From the NCBI GenBank assembly GCA_947478395.1, contig CANJVR010000001.1, forward strand, positions 32,001 through 96,000: a stretch of DNA of 64,000 nt, given 5' to 3'. Shown here one piece after another: positions 8,625 to 17,883 of this stretch (its first letter is position 1; every line of letters begins with the position of its first letter). A program made the position numbers and the translations under genes. The notes under the pieces are model-generated. The model was not told the DNA's origin, searched no databases, and was given only the letters and a program-made list of their open reading frames with translations. This DNA comes from Opitutia bacterium. Lineage in GTDB: Bacteria; Verrucomicrobiota; Verrucomicrobiia; Opitutales; Opitutaceae.

Positions 8625-11197
8625 GCTCGTCCGGGATGAATTTCAGGACTCGAAATCTCCGGCACAGTGAGCTCAAAAACGGTGCCCTCGCCGGGACTGG
8701 ATTTTATTTCGATCTCGCCCTGGATCTGCTGCGCGAGCGTGAAGACGAGCTGCATGCCCAGCGATTCAGTGCGGCGTAGATCCAAGCCGAGCGGGATTCC
8801 CCGGCCCGTGTCTGCGACCCGCATCACGATGAAACCGGGGCTCCGGCGCTTGAGCACAACGTTAACCGCACCCGTGCGGCCGTCGGGGAACGCGTGCTTG
8901 TAGGCGTTCGAGACCAGTTCGTTGATGATCAGTCCGCAAGGGATCGCGGCGTCGATCGCGAGGCGAATCTCGTCGGCTTCGAGCGTGAAGCGAATCTCGC
9001 TCGCCGACGGACTGAAGCTTGCGGCGAGATTTTCCGTCAGCTCGCGCAGGTAGTCGGCGAAATCGACCCAGGCCAGATCGTCGGACTGATAAAGTTTTTC
9101 GTGCACCAGTGCCATCGCGGCGATGCGGCTCTGGGTATCGACGATGAACGGACGCGCCTGTGCGTCGGGCAGAAAATCGAGCTGGAGGTTCAACAGGCTC
9201 GAGACGACCTGCATGTTATTTTTCACCCGGTGATGGACCTCCTTGAGCAGCGCGTCCTTTTCTTGGAGCGAGGAGCGCAGCGCATCCTGGGCGCGCTTGC
9301 GCTCTTCGAGTTCGATCCGCAGGCGCTCGTTGGTCTCCGTCAGGGCGGCGCGCGACTGCAACAAACCTTCGCGCGCGCCCTGGAGTCCTTCCGCCGCGCG
9401 GCCGATGCCTTCCTGCAGCAGATTGAAATTGTGCGCCATATCCCCGACTTCGTCGCGCGAATTGACGACGATCGGCGTCAGGACGAAGTTGGCCTTGGCC
9501 GAGTCAAGCTGGCCGGCGGCAAGGGCGCGCATGGCCCGCGCGAAATCGGCGAGCGTGCCGGAAACGAGGCTGTTTGCCGCGTTCGAAATCTGCACGGCGG
9601 AGTGCGCGATCATCCCGGGCAGAATCAAGCCCACGCAGACCGTCAGCAGTGCGACCACGACGAAAATATCCTCCAGCGCGACGATCAGGATGGTATTTTT
9701 CTCGGGGACGGACCTGACCGCGATCACGTAGCCGACCGCGTCGAACGCCAGAACCGCGAGCATTGCACCGGTGAGTTTGAGGTGAAGGGTGCGGGCGATG
9801 CCGGGCAAACCGGCTTTGCGCCGGTCGGAGAATTTTCGCCACGCGTAGGCCGCGGATCCGGAATACGCGAAGACAAAGCCGACGATCACCGTGATCAGTC
9901 CAAACTGCTCAAATCCCAGCACGACGGTCAGCCCCCAAACGCCGGCCGCGATCAACCCGAGTACAATTGTACCTTTCGGAGCCCGATACGGCCGGGGTGC
10001 CTCCGGCTGGCTGCGCCGCAGGAGCCACACGGCGACGTTCGGCAGCGCGATGCCGATTAAGTAAGTCAGGTTGGCCGCCGCGATCAGCCAGACTGGATCG
10101 CCGATCAGGAGAAAAATAATCGCCATCACTGCAGTGAAAACCGTCGCCGCCCACGGCGCATCGGTGCGCGACCGCAACGCGAGGAATTCCGGCAGAAGCC
10201 CGTCCTCGGAAAGTTGCGACAGGGTACGCGCGGCTCCCGCCAGCGGAGCCATCGTGCCGTGAAACATGTTCATCATCATGAACCAGATCGCCGCGCCCTT
10301 CGCGGCACTGCCGAGCAGCGGCGCAAAGGTCGGACCAAGCTCCAACGCGAGATCCTTGCCCATCGGCTCCGGCCCGAGCGTTCCGAGCCATATGAGCGGG
10401 AGAATGATGAAGTAGAGACTCGCCATCGCCGCGCTGGCGAACATCGCGCGCGGGACATTCTTGGCGGGGTCGATGGTTTCGCCCACGTGACACGCCGCCT
10501 GCTCAAAGGCCGGTGCGGCAAATCCCACGAGGTAAAGACCGGCCATCACACTCGTCACGCCACCGAACCAACCCGGGAACGGCACGGTGAGGTGAAAAGT
10601 GAACGCTTGCTGCCAGTTAACATCGCCATGGACGACCGGGACTAACGCCGAAAGAAAAGCGAGCACCGCGGAAACGGTCGCGATCGGCATCGCCAGGCGC
10701 ATGACCCATTTGACGCCGCACAGATTAACGACCGTAAAAAAGACCACGATCCCGGAGGCAAGCAACGGCACCGAAATCCACGGGAGATACCATTGCTTGA
10801 TCGCCGACGCGGAGAGCAGCGCCGTCAGGCCGCACGTCGGCACCCAACCCCACCAATAGCAAACGCCCGTGAGATTCGCCAAGACCGGGCTGAGCGGCCG
10901 GAACGCCTCCGCGCAGGTGGCGGCGATTCCACCGACCCGGTTGGGATACATGAGAATCAACTCCGTCCAACCCGGCGTTGCCGCCCAGCTTAGGAGCAGT
11001 CCGATGATCAGCAGTAGCACTGCGGCGCTACCCTGGCCCGGAATCGATTCCTGCCCGACAAACAGCGCGCCGAGCAGGAACAAGCTCTGATTGATTCCAC
11101 CCATCGCGACACACGTCGTGCCAAACCAACCGACGGTACGGGGATGCAAAAGCGTGGCGGGATCTCGTTCAGCGACGTCGCCTGGTACAGGTTTCAT
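8621..11197 (-). CDS. APC-family amino acid permease fused to HAMP and HisKA_2-type histidine kinase
   Basis: About 12 TM APC fold (AFEQAACHVGETIDPAKNVPRA, EDGLLP…PWAA, LRRSQPEAPRPYRAP), 2 further TMs, HAMP (SRDEVGDMAHNFN), LLKEVHHRVKNNMQ, NELVSNAYKHAF, DTGRG, SLGMQLV. Confidence 0.9.
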   Translation of the reverse strand: MKPVPGDVAERDPATLLHPRTVGWFGTTCVAMGGINQSLFLLGALFVGQESIPGQGSAAVLLLIIGLLLSWAATPGWTELILMYPNRVGGIAATCAEAFRPLSPVLANLTGVCYWWGWVPTCGLTALLSASAIKQWYLPWISVPLLASGIVVFFTVVNLCGVKWVMRLAMPIATVSAVLAFLSALVPVVHGDVNWQQAFTFHLTVPFPGWFGGVTSVMAGLYLVGFAAPAFEQAACHVGETIDPAKNVPRAMFASAAMASLYFIILPLIWLGTLGPEPMGKDLALELGPTFAPLLGSAAKGAAIWFMMMNMFHGTMAPLAGAARTLSQLSEDGLLPEFLALRSRTDAPWAATVFTAVMAIIFLLIGDPVWLIAAANLTYLIGIALPNVAVWLLRRSQPEAPRPYRAPKGTIVLGLIAAGVWGLTVVLGFEQFGLITVIVGFVFAYSGSAAYAWRKFSDRRKAGLPGIARTLHLKLTGAMLAVLAFDAVGYVIAVRSVPEKNTILIVALEDIFVVVALLTVCVGLILPGMIAHSAVQISNAANSLVSGTLADFARAMRALAAGQLDSAKANFVLTPIVVNSRDEVGDMAHNFNLLQEGIGRAAEGLQGAREGLLQSRAALTETNERLRIELEERKRAQDALRSSLQEKDALLKEVHHRVKNNMQVVSSLLNLQLDFLPDAQARPFIVDTQSRIAAMALVHEKLYQSDDLAWVDFADYLRELTENLAASFSPSASEIRFTLEADEIRLAIDAAIPCGLIINELVSNAYKHAFPDGRTGAVNVVLKRRSPGFIVMRVADTGRGIPLGLDLRRTESLGMQLVFTLAQQIQGEIEIKSSPGEGTVFELTVPEISSPEIHPGRA

Positions 11198-11391
11198 AGA
11201 AAAGGCCAAAATCGGGACCATCCCATCTAGCTTGATTCCATAAGCAACGAATTCATCGCACAAAAAATTCAACCTCCTCGCTGGACGCGGGCGGAATACT
11301 CCATTTTATCCCCGGCCACTCACCGCCTGAACCGCGAGAGACGGACGGCGGACGGCAGCCACGACTGTTTCTCGATGGACGGAACTCCGCC

Positions 11392-11420
11392 TTGACAGTG
11401 CTCGAGCCGCTCGCGAATTT
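11392..11420 (+). promoter_or_regulatory. Putative sigma70-type promoter of tRNA-His
   Basis: Perfect TTGACA at 11392-11397 about 40 bp upstream of the tRNA; -10 element weak. Confidence 0.4.
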
Positions 11421-11434
11421 CTTCCCCTCTGCAC

Positions 11435-11512
11435 GGCGGCCATAGCTCAGTTGGTTAGAGCACAAGATTGTGATTCTTGGGGTCGCGGGTTCGAATCCCG
11501 TTGGCCGCCCCA
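11435..11512 (+). tRNA. tRNA-His (GTG)
   Basis: Cloverleaf; anticodon arm CAAGA-TTGTGAT-TCTTG; G-1 and C73; TTCGAAT T-loop; encoded CCA. Confidence 0.97.
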
Positions 11513-11617
11513 TTTTACGACGCGAGCGGTCGACCCGAGACGCTCGCCCCAAACTGCCCGTGCACCGTCTCCAAGTACCTTTGCGTCGTCCGTAAGCTCC
11601 GTGGATAGAAAGCTTTC

Positions 11618-12130
11618 TCAGCTCGCCGTTGCTGAATGACGTCGGCCGAAACGCCGCAAGAGCGGGCGAAGCCCGTAATACAGCGCGCCCACAATGAGCG
11701 GCACGCTCAGTCCCCAGGCCGTGGCGGCGTGCACCCCGGTCCATCCGAAGCGCCGCAAAAAAGTCCACGGATCGTCCTTGAACGCCTTCATCAAAATCCC
11801 AATCGACAGCGGCATAGACTCGGCGCCCCAGATTTTTTCCCCGATCCGCACGTAGGCCAGAATCAGCGCGAGCTGTAGCGGCCCGAGCAGCTGATTCAAA
11901 GTTTGCAGGATAGGTTGGTTCAACCGCAGCCATAGCCCCACGCCCAGATTCAAAAGGGCGGTAAATCCCAGGAACGGCAGCAGCGAACACGCCGTGCCCA
12001 CGGCCAGCGTGAGCGCGATGCGATCCGGCGTGACGCCTTGCGTGAGCTGCGCGAGCACCGGGGCCAGCACCCGACGGCGCCAGAAGGATTCTTTTTTCGG
12101 CGCGGCGGCCATGGGCGGGGGAGGAATCAT
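11618..12130 (-). CDS. DUF2062-family membrane protein
   Basis: QGVTPDRIALTLAVG…PFLG…LRLNQP pattern. Confidence 0.8.
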   Translation of the reverse strand: MIPPPPMAAAPKKESFWRRRVLAPVLAQLTQGVTPDRIALTLAVGTACSLLPFLGFTALLNLGVGLWLRLNQPILQTLNQLLGPLQLALILAYVRIGEKIWGAESMPLSIGILMKAFKDDPWTFLRRFGWTGVHAATAWGLSVPLIVGALYYGLRPLLRRFGRRHSATAS

Positions 12131-12183
12131 GAACTCGATGATAGGTCAGCCCTGCACCCTCGGATGCGCTCATGCATCGTCCG

Positions 12184-13296
12184 TTACACCGACAGGTAAG
12201 GCTCGGCCGGCCGAAATCCAGGGAGCTCGCAGGCCGCGTCGCGACTTTTCATATCCGGAAAAAGATAAACGGCATAGCCGCCGAATCCACCGCCGCAATA
12301 TTTCCACGCCTGCGGACGGCAGGCGGCGAGCGCGGCGTGCGAATCGGCCGCCGGATCGCCCGGCAGCGCCTGCATGCCTTCCTTGCGCTGCACGGCGTAA
12401 GATTGCCGCACGCCCGAGGCGAGTCCGGCGAAATCACGCGCCCACACCGCGTCGCGCGCGGTGCGACCGGCGCGTTCGATCGCGTCGTAATCGCGGCTTT
12501 GGTCCACCACCGCAGGCGTCGAGTGTTGCTGCCCGGTCCAATAGAGCGCCAGACGCCCCCGCAACAATTCACCATCCGTCTTAACCTCCAGTTCCGGATG
12601 CGCCCCACTCCGCCACACGCATAAACCGGTTTCGCTGATCACCGCCGGGTCCTGCCAGCCCACGCCCAGATCCAACTCCGACGAAACGCCGTCGCGACCG
12701 TTGATCAATGCCCACGCCCCGCTGCCACCGAGGCCCGCATTCTGGTGATACGGCCAATCGCGCAATGATACCGTCGGCGAGATCGCGCAGTTGACGATAA
12801 ACCCGCCCGGCCGCGCAAAACGCGGCACATCGAGCCAGCCGCCCGCAAAATCCACGCGCAAGGGCGCCACCTGCGGGGCGCGAATCCAGCGCACGATCTC
12901 CGTCGTGGAAATCGGCGGGAACTCCGGCGGCGTCTTCGGCATCACCACGTAGCGCGCGCCAACTTCCGCGCACAGCGCCCGTTTCAAATCCGCATATTTG
13001 TCATCCTCCGTCACCGCGAGCACATCGGGTTTCAGCCGTAAAAACGATTCCCGGAAATCGATGCCTTCCTCCAAGCCGGTGCCGATCACCACGTCGTCCA
13101 CCATCTTCAGCCCCGCGATCAACGCCCGCTTGTGCTCGTCCGGCAGGGAGCTCTTCCGCTGTTTGTGAAACCACAATACTTCCTTCGAGGCGAAGGACAC
13201 GGTCAGGTGATCACCCAACGCGCGCGCCTCGCGAAAAAACTGCACGTGACCCGCGTGTACGATGTCGTAACAGCCAGAAACAAAAACTCGAACCAT
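12184..13296 (-). CDS. Cytidylyltransferase-like domain fused to a GHMP-kinase-like domain
   Basis: GCYDIVHAGH (HxGH) and ISTTEI; then APLRVDFAGGWLD, AGLGGSGA, GWQDP, KYCGGGFGGY. Confidence 0.85.
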   Translation of the reverse strand: MVRVFVSGCYDIVHAGHVQFFREARALGDHLTVSFASKEVLWFHKQRKSSLPDEHKRALIAGLKMVDDVVIGTGLEEGIDFRESFLRLKPDVLAVTEDDKYADLKRALCAEVGARYVVMPKTPPEFPPISTTEIVRWIRAPQVAPLRVDFAGGWLDVPRFARPGGFIVNCAISPTVSLRDWPYHQNAGLGGSGAWALINGRDGVSSELDLGVGWQDPAVISETGLCVWRSGAHPELEVKTDGELLRGRLALYWTGQQHSTPAVVDQSRDYDAIERAGRTARDAVWARDFAGLASGVRQSYAVQRKEGMQALPGDPAADSHAALAACRPQAWKYCGGGFGGYAVYLFPDMKSRDAACELPGFRPAEPYLSV

Positions 13297-13562
13297 GCCG
13301 GCGTTATGCCGGCCGCGCCGAGCGCTGCGCGAGAAAAATTGACGCCGCTAAGCCCCCACCCTGCGGGCCCACCTATTAAAGAGCGGATTTACCCGGAAGC
13401 CGGTCAAACGGGATCGAACCACCGATCGCGCGTGATTGCCGCCTTAAGAGAGAGGGGCCGCGCAGGACGGAGGCGGGGTTGTCCTGTTTTGCACGCCATC
13501 CCCTCAAAAATCCTCCAAAAACAATTTTGCCCCTCCGCATTCTAACGCCACGTTTTCCCGTG

Positions 13563-14801
13563 ATGAACTTCAGCGATTGGCCATCCCTCGCTCCCGCCGC
13601 CGCCGCGCGCGAACTGCTACGCCGCGTCGAAACCATTCCGCCCGTCCAGCGCCGCGCGATCATCGCGCAGCTTCCGACCGAAGCCGAACTCACCGCGCGA
13701 TTCGCCGCTGCACCAAAGGGGGCACCGCTCGCCGGTATTCCCTATTTATTAAAAGATCTCTTCGACGTCGTCGGTCAGCCCACCTTCGCCGGTTCGACGT
13801 TTCTTCCGGACGTTCGACCGACGCCGGCTCAAGACGCCGCATTAGTGAACTCGCTGCGCACCGCGGGTGCGGTCCTCGGTGGCAAAACCCATCTCCACGA
13901 ATTCGCCTACGGCATCACGGGCGAAAATCCGCATTACGGTGACGTCGAGCACCCGCGTTTTCCCGGCCGGACTTCGGGCGGTTCCAGCAGCGGTTCCGCC
14001 GCGGCGGTCGCAGCGGGAGTCGTCCCCCTCGCCATCGGGACCGATACCGGCGGGTCGATCCGCGTGCCTGCGGCCTTCTGCGGACTCTTTGGTTTTCGCG
14101 GCGTCCCGTTACACCCGTGGATCGCAGATGCCTTTCCGCTCGCCCCGAGTTTTGACACGGCCGGCTGGTTCACCGCCAACGCGGCCGACATGCTCGCCGC
14201 CCTCACTGCGCTCGTCGGCGTGAGCACTGGGGCCCGCGAACCGCGCGGTTGTTATCTGGAAATTCCCGGACTCACGCCGGAAGTCGCGACCGCCTGTGCG
14301 GCGGCGGCCGCGCGACTGACCGAACCCGCTGACCGCGCGACCCGCACCGAACTGTTGCGTCGCTTCGCCGGCGCCCTTGATGCCTACAACACCATCACCG
14401 CCGTTGAAGCATGGTCGGTGCACCGCGGTTGGGCTGCGCGTTTTCAGGATCGCTACGATCCCGCGGTGTGGACTCGCCTCAATCGCGTCCACGATCTCAC
14501 GCCGGCGCAGGTCGCCGCCGCCGATGCGACGCTGATTGCGGTCCGCCTCGCGTGGAAGAATTTCTTCCTGACCCACGACTTTCTTATTCTCCCCGCGGTG
14601 CACAGTCCCGCGCTGGCGAAAGCCGATTGCACGCTACCCCAGCGCAGCCGCTTGCTATCAATGACGGCGCCGGCGTCCATCGGCGGTCTGCCTGTTCTCA
14701 CCGTACCGGTGCCGCTGCCCTCCGGCCTTTCCGCCGGCCTCCAGATCGTGGTGCATCACTCGCAGAGCCCAGTCCTGCCCTGGGTTCTCACCCGGGGATG
14801 A
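13563..14801 (+). CDS. Amidase-signature family enzyme
   Basis: LLKDLFD, GKTHLHEFAYG, GGSSSGSAAAVA, GTDTGGSIRVPA. Confidence 0.92.
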   Translation: MNFSDWPSLAPAAAARELLRRVETIPPVQRRAIIAQLPTEAELTARFAAAPKGAPLAGIPYLLKDLFDVVGQPTFAGSTFLPDVRPTPAQDAALVNSLRTAGAVLGGKTHLHEFAYGITGENPHYGDVEHPRFPGRTSGGSSSGSAAAVAAGVVPLAIGTDTGGSIRVPAAFCGLFGFRGVPLHPWIADAFPLAPSFDTAGWFTANAADMLAALTALVGVSTGAREPRGCYLEIPGLTPEVATACAAAAARLTEPADRATRTELLRRFAGALDAYNTITAVEAWSVHRGWAARFQDRYDPAVWTRLNRVHDLTPAQVAAADATLIAVRLAWKNFFLTHDFLILPAVHSPALAKADCTLPQRSRLLSMTAPASIGGLPVLTVPVPLPSGLSAGLQIVVHHSQSPVLPWVLTRG

Positions 14802-14937
14802 TCGCGCTTTGAACAACCCCGCAAAGTCCGCGGCCGTCCGGTGCGAGCGTAGCGCAATACGCTACACCCGCACCGGACGATTTTACGGAAATTTCCTGCG
14901 CTGGCTTTCGTCGCAGCTTCGTATCTCGTAAACCGCT

Positions 14938-15786
14938 GTGCCGCCTGCCGACAGTCCTCGCTCCGTGGTCGAGCTCCGCCGCGTTGAAAAACGTTACGGC
15001 GACGGGCCCCTGATCCTGGACCACATCGATCTGGCTGCGGCGCCCGGCGATTTCGTGGCGCTCATCGGCCCCAGCGGCTGCGGCAAATCCACGCTGCTCA
15101 AACTCATCGCCGGCCTGAGCCCCGTGACGCACGGCGAATTGTCAGTCGCCGGCCCTGATTCCGGGGAAAATGCCGCAGAACTCGCGTACGTTTTCCAGGA
15201 ACCCACCTTGCTGCCTTGGCTGACCGTCGCTCAAAACGTCGAACTACCTCTCACGCTGCGCGCCGCGTCGGCCGCGAATCGCGAGGCCGCGGTGACGCGT
15301 GCCCTCGCGTTGGTCGGCCTGAGTTCACACGCTACTTTTTTTCCGCGCCAGCTTTCCGGCGGACAAAAAATGCGTGTCTCGATCGCCCGCGCGCTCTCGC
15401 TTTCGCCCCGCTTGCTGCTGCTCGACGAGCCGTTCGGCGCACTCGATGAAATGACGCGCGACCGCCTCAACGAGGAATTGCTCGCCATCCGCGAGCGCCA
15501 GGGCTGGACGGCGTTTTTCGTGACTCATTCCGTCGCCGAAGCCGTTTTCCTCGCCAACCGCGTGGTCATCATGGCCGCCCATCCGGGGCGCATTCACGAG
15601 GAAATCCGGATCGACCTGCCCTACCCGCGCACGCCCGAAACGCGCAGCTCCATCGCCTACCAAAAACTCGTCGCCGAGATTTCCCGCACGCTCCGTTCCG
15701 TCGACTCGCACGGCGATATTTCAACTCAAAACTCAAAACCAATAACCCAAAGCGCGGCGCCGTCTGCGTCCGCCCGCTCCGCCTGA
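14938..15786 (+). CDS. NitT/TauT-family ABC transporter ATP-binding protein
   Basis: GPSGCGKST, VFQEPTLLPW, LSGGQ, LLDEPFGALD. Confidence 0.93.
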   Translation: MPPADSPRSVVELRRVEKRYGDGPLILDHIDLAAAPGDFVALIGPSGCGKSTLLKLIAGLSPVTHGELSVAGPDSGENAAELAYVFQEPTLLPWLTVAQNVELPLTLRAASAANREAAVTRALALVGLSSHATFFPRQLSGGQKMRVSIARALSLSPRLLLLDEPFGALDEMTRDRLNEELLAIRERQGWTAFFVTHSVAEAVFLANRVVIMAAHPGRIHEEIRIDLPYPRTPETRSSIAYQKLVAEISRTLRSVDSHGDISTQNSKPITQSAAPSASARSA

Positions 15787-16589
15787 TGGCTCGATCCCGT
15801 CCATTTCCGTTTCTGCAACTGCTCCTGCCCGCCGTGGCCGGCGCGCTCGGCGTCGGTCTCTGGCAGATCGCCCATGCCGCGTTGTCGGACGATTTTCGTT
15901 TTTTGTTACCCGCGCCCGCTGCGGTTCTCGCCGCCTTTCAGGAACACGGAGCCGATCTCGGGCGGGCCACGCTTCATACGGCCGAAGGCGCCGTGCTCGG
16001 ATTCGCCGCCGCCGTGATTGTCAGCGCCACCCTGGCGTTGCTGCTCTCCCTTTCACCGCTGGTGCGCGCCACGTTTTACCCGTACCTGATGATTCTGCAG
16101 ATGACACCGATCATCGTTTTTGCGCCGATCCTCGTGCTCTGGGTCGGGCCGGGACTGAAAAGCGTCACGATCATCACCTTCCTCATCTGCTTTTTTCCGC
16201 TCGCGGTGAACACCACGCAAGGCCTCGTCTCCACCGACCGCAATCTCGTGGAGCTCTTCCGGCTTTATCGTGCGACCAAACTCCAGGAGATCGTGCGGCT
16301 CAGGATTCCCGCGGCCCTGCCATATTTCTTCACCGGCCTGCGCATCGCCGCCACGCTGGCTCCGATCGGCGCGCTCGTGGGCGACTACACCGCGGGCAGT
16401 TCGGCGGGCGATGGCGGCGGACTCGGTTTTCAAACGATCATTTACAGCAGTCAGGCGAAATACGCGGCGCTCTACGCGACGGCCATTATCTGTTGCGCCC
16501 TCGGTTTCATTTTTGTCGCCGGTGTGCTCGGCGTCAGCTGGCTCTGCCTCCACCACTGGCATGATTCCTACGCACGCACCGATAACTAA
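15786..16589 (+). CDS. NitT/TauT-family ABC transporter permease
   Basis: Hydrophobic; LRIPAALPYFFTGLRIA loop; overlaps upstream stop codon. Confidence 0.92.
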   Translation: MARSRPFPFLQLLLPAVAGALGVGLWQIAHAALSDDFRFLLPAPAAVLAAFQEHGADLGRATLHTAEGAVLGFAAAVIVSATLALLLSLSPLVRATFYPYLMILQMTPIIVFAPILVLWVGPGLKSVTIITFLICFFPLAVNTTQGLVSTDRNLVELFRLYRATKLQEIVRLRIPAALPYFFTGLRIAATLAPIGALVGDYTAGSSAGDGGGLGFQTIIYSSQAKYAALYATAIICCALGFIFVAGVLGVSWLCLHHWHDSYARTDN

Positions 16590-16608
16590 AATAGGTCCGC
16601 CATCTAAA

Positions 16609-16728
16609 TGGTCATTCTGCACGAAATAAAAAATCCACTGGGACGCGGTCGAAGGGCGCTGCGCAGTCTCATCGGCTGGCCCGAGCCTAGCGCTGCGTTC
16701 GACCACTTCACTGCGCTCAGAATGACCA
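16609..16728. repeat. Degenerate palindromic intergenic element (GTCATTCTG…CAGAATGAC type)
   Basis: 11-bp terminal inverted repeat TGGTCATTCTG / CAGAATGACCA. Confidence 0.65.
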
Positions 16729-16804
16729 CCGTTGAAAACGCAGTTTAAGGTACTCCCTCCTTCACGTGATGCGTTAAATTAACGATCAAAGCCTTTTTCC
16801 TCCC

Positions 16805-17803
16805 ATGCTCACCTCCCGCTCCCTGCTCACCGGCGTCGCCGCGGTCCTGTGGTTCTCACCCTTCACCGTGCCCGCCTTGCTCAACGCGGCCGACCCGAAA
16901 GCCGCGCCGTTCAAACTTACCGTGCAACTCGACTGGGTCGCCGAGCCCGAGCACGGCGGATTCTATCAGGCGCAGGCCCGGGGCTTTTTCGCCGCCGAGG
17001 GTCTCGATGTGACCATCGTCCCCGGCGGACCCAACGCGTTCGTCGTGCAGAAAATCGCAACGGGACAGGCGGAGATCGGCCAGGGCGATAGCACTGACGC
17101 GCTCCAGAAAGTTGCCGAGGGTCTGCCGATCCTTTGTGTTGGAGCAGTTTTTCAAGACGATCCCTCCGGCCTGCTCGTCAACGCCGCGAGTTCCGTACAT
17201 CGGTTCGAGGACCTGCAGGGCAAGACCATCATTGCCCGTCCCGAGTGGACGTTCCTCGCGTTCCTGAAAAAGAAATACGGCCTCAAGGTAAACGTCGTTC
17301 CTCAGAATTTTTCGGTCGCTGCGCTGCTCGCGGACAAAGAGGCCATTCAGCAGGGCTATTCCATCGCCGAGCCGTATCACGTCGTGCACGCGGGCGGAGC
17401 CGCGCCGCGGTTTCTTTCGACGTGGGACGCCGGCTTTCGGGCCTACGCGGTGCTGCTCACCAATCGCAAATTCGCGCGCGAACATCCGGCCGAGTTGCGC
17501 GCGTTTCTGCGCGCTTACGTGAAAGGCTGGCGCGATTACCTCGAGGGCGACCCGACGCTGGCCCACGCCGCGATGAAGAAAGCGAATCCGAATCTCGACG
17601 CCGACTTTGCCCTCGCGTCGCGCCAGCTGATCATTGACGGCAAGCTCGTCACCGGCCGTGACGCCGGCGGCGGACCCGCCAATATCGGCCGGCTGACCGC
17701 CTCACGCTTTGCGACGCAAATTCAACAGCTCGAAGAACTCGCCGTCCTGCCGAAAGGCAAAATTAAGGTCGAACAAGCGATGACGACGGAATATCTGCCC
17801 TAA
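16805..17803 (+). CDS. NMT1/THI5-like ABC substrate-binding protein
   Basis: Signal peptide; QLDWVAEPEHGGFYQA…GLDVTIVPGG. Confidence 0.9.
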   Translation: MLTSRSLLTGVAAVLWFSPFTVPALLNAADPKAAPFKLTVQLDWVAEPEHGGFYQAQARGFFAAEGLDVTIVPGGPNAFVVQKIATGQAEIGQGDSTDALQKVAEGLPILCVGAVFQDDPSGLLVNAASSVHRFEDLQGKTIIARPEWTFLAFLKKKYGLKVNVVPQNFSVAALLADKEAIQQGYSIAEPYHVVHAGGAAPRFLSTWDAGFRAYAVLLTNRKFAREHPAELRAFLRAYVKGWRDYLEGDPTLAHAAMKKANPNLDADFALASRQLIIDGKLVTGRDAGGGPANIGRLTASRFATQIQQLEELAVLPKGKIKVEQAMTTEYLP

Positions 17804-17883
17804 AACACGGGAAGCAGACTTGCTGCGCCCACTCCGCTTCGCTCCACTTCCGGCCTCGTTCCGTCGTCACCCCGCCCTAACCA

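Noticed and set aside
6615..11512. Genomic island integrated at tRNA-His carrying the kinases
   Set aside because: Genes lie 5' of the tRNA; no integrase and no duplicated tRNA 3' end seen
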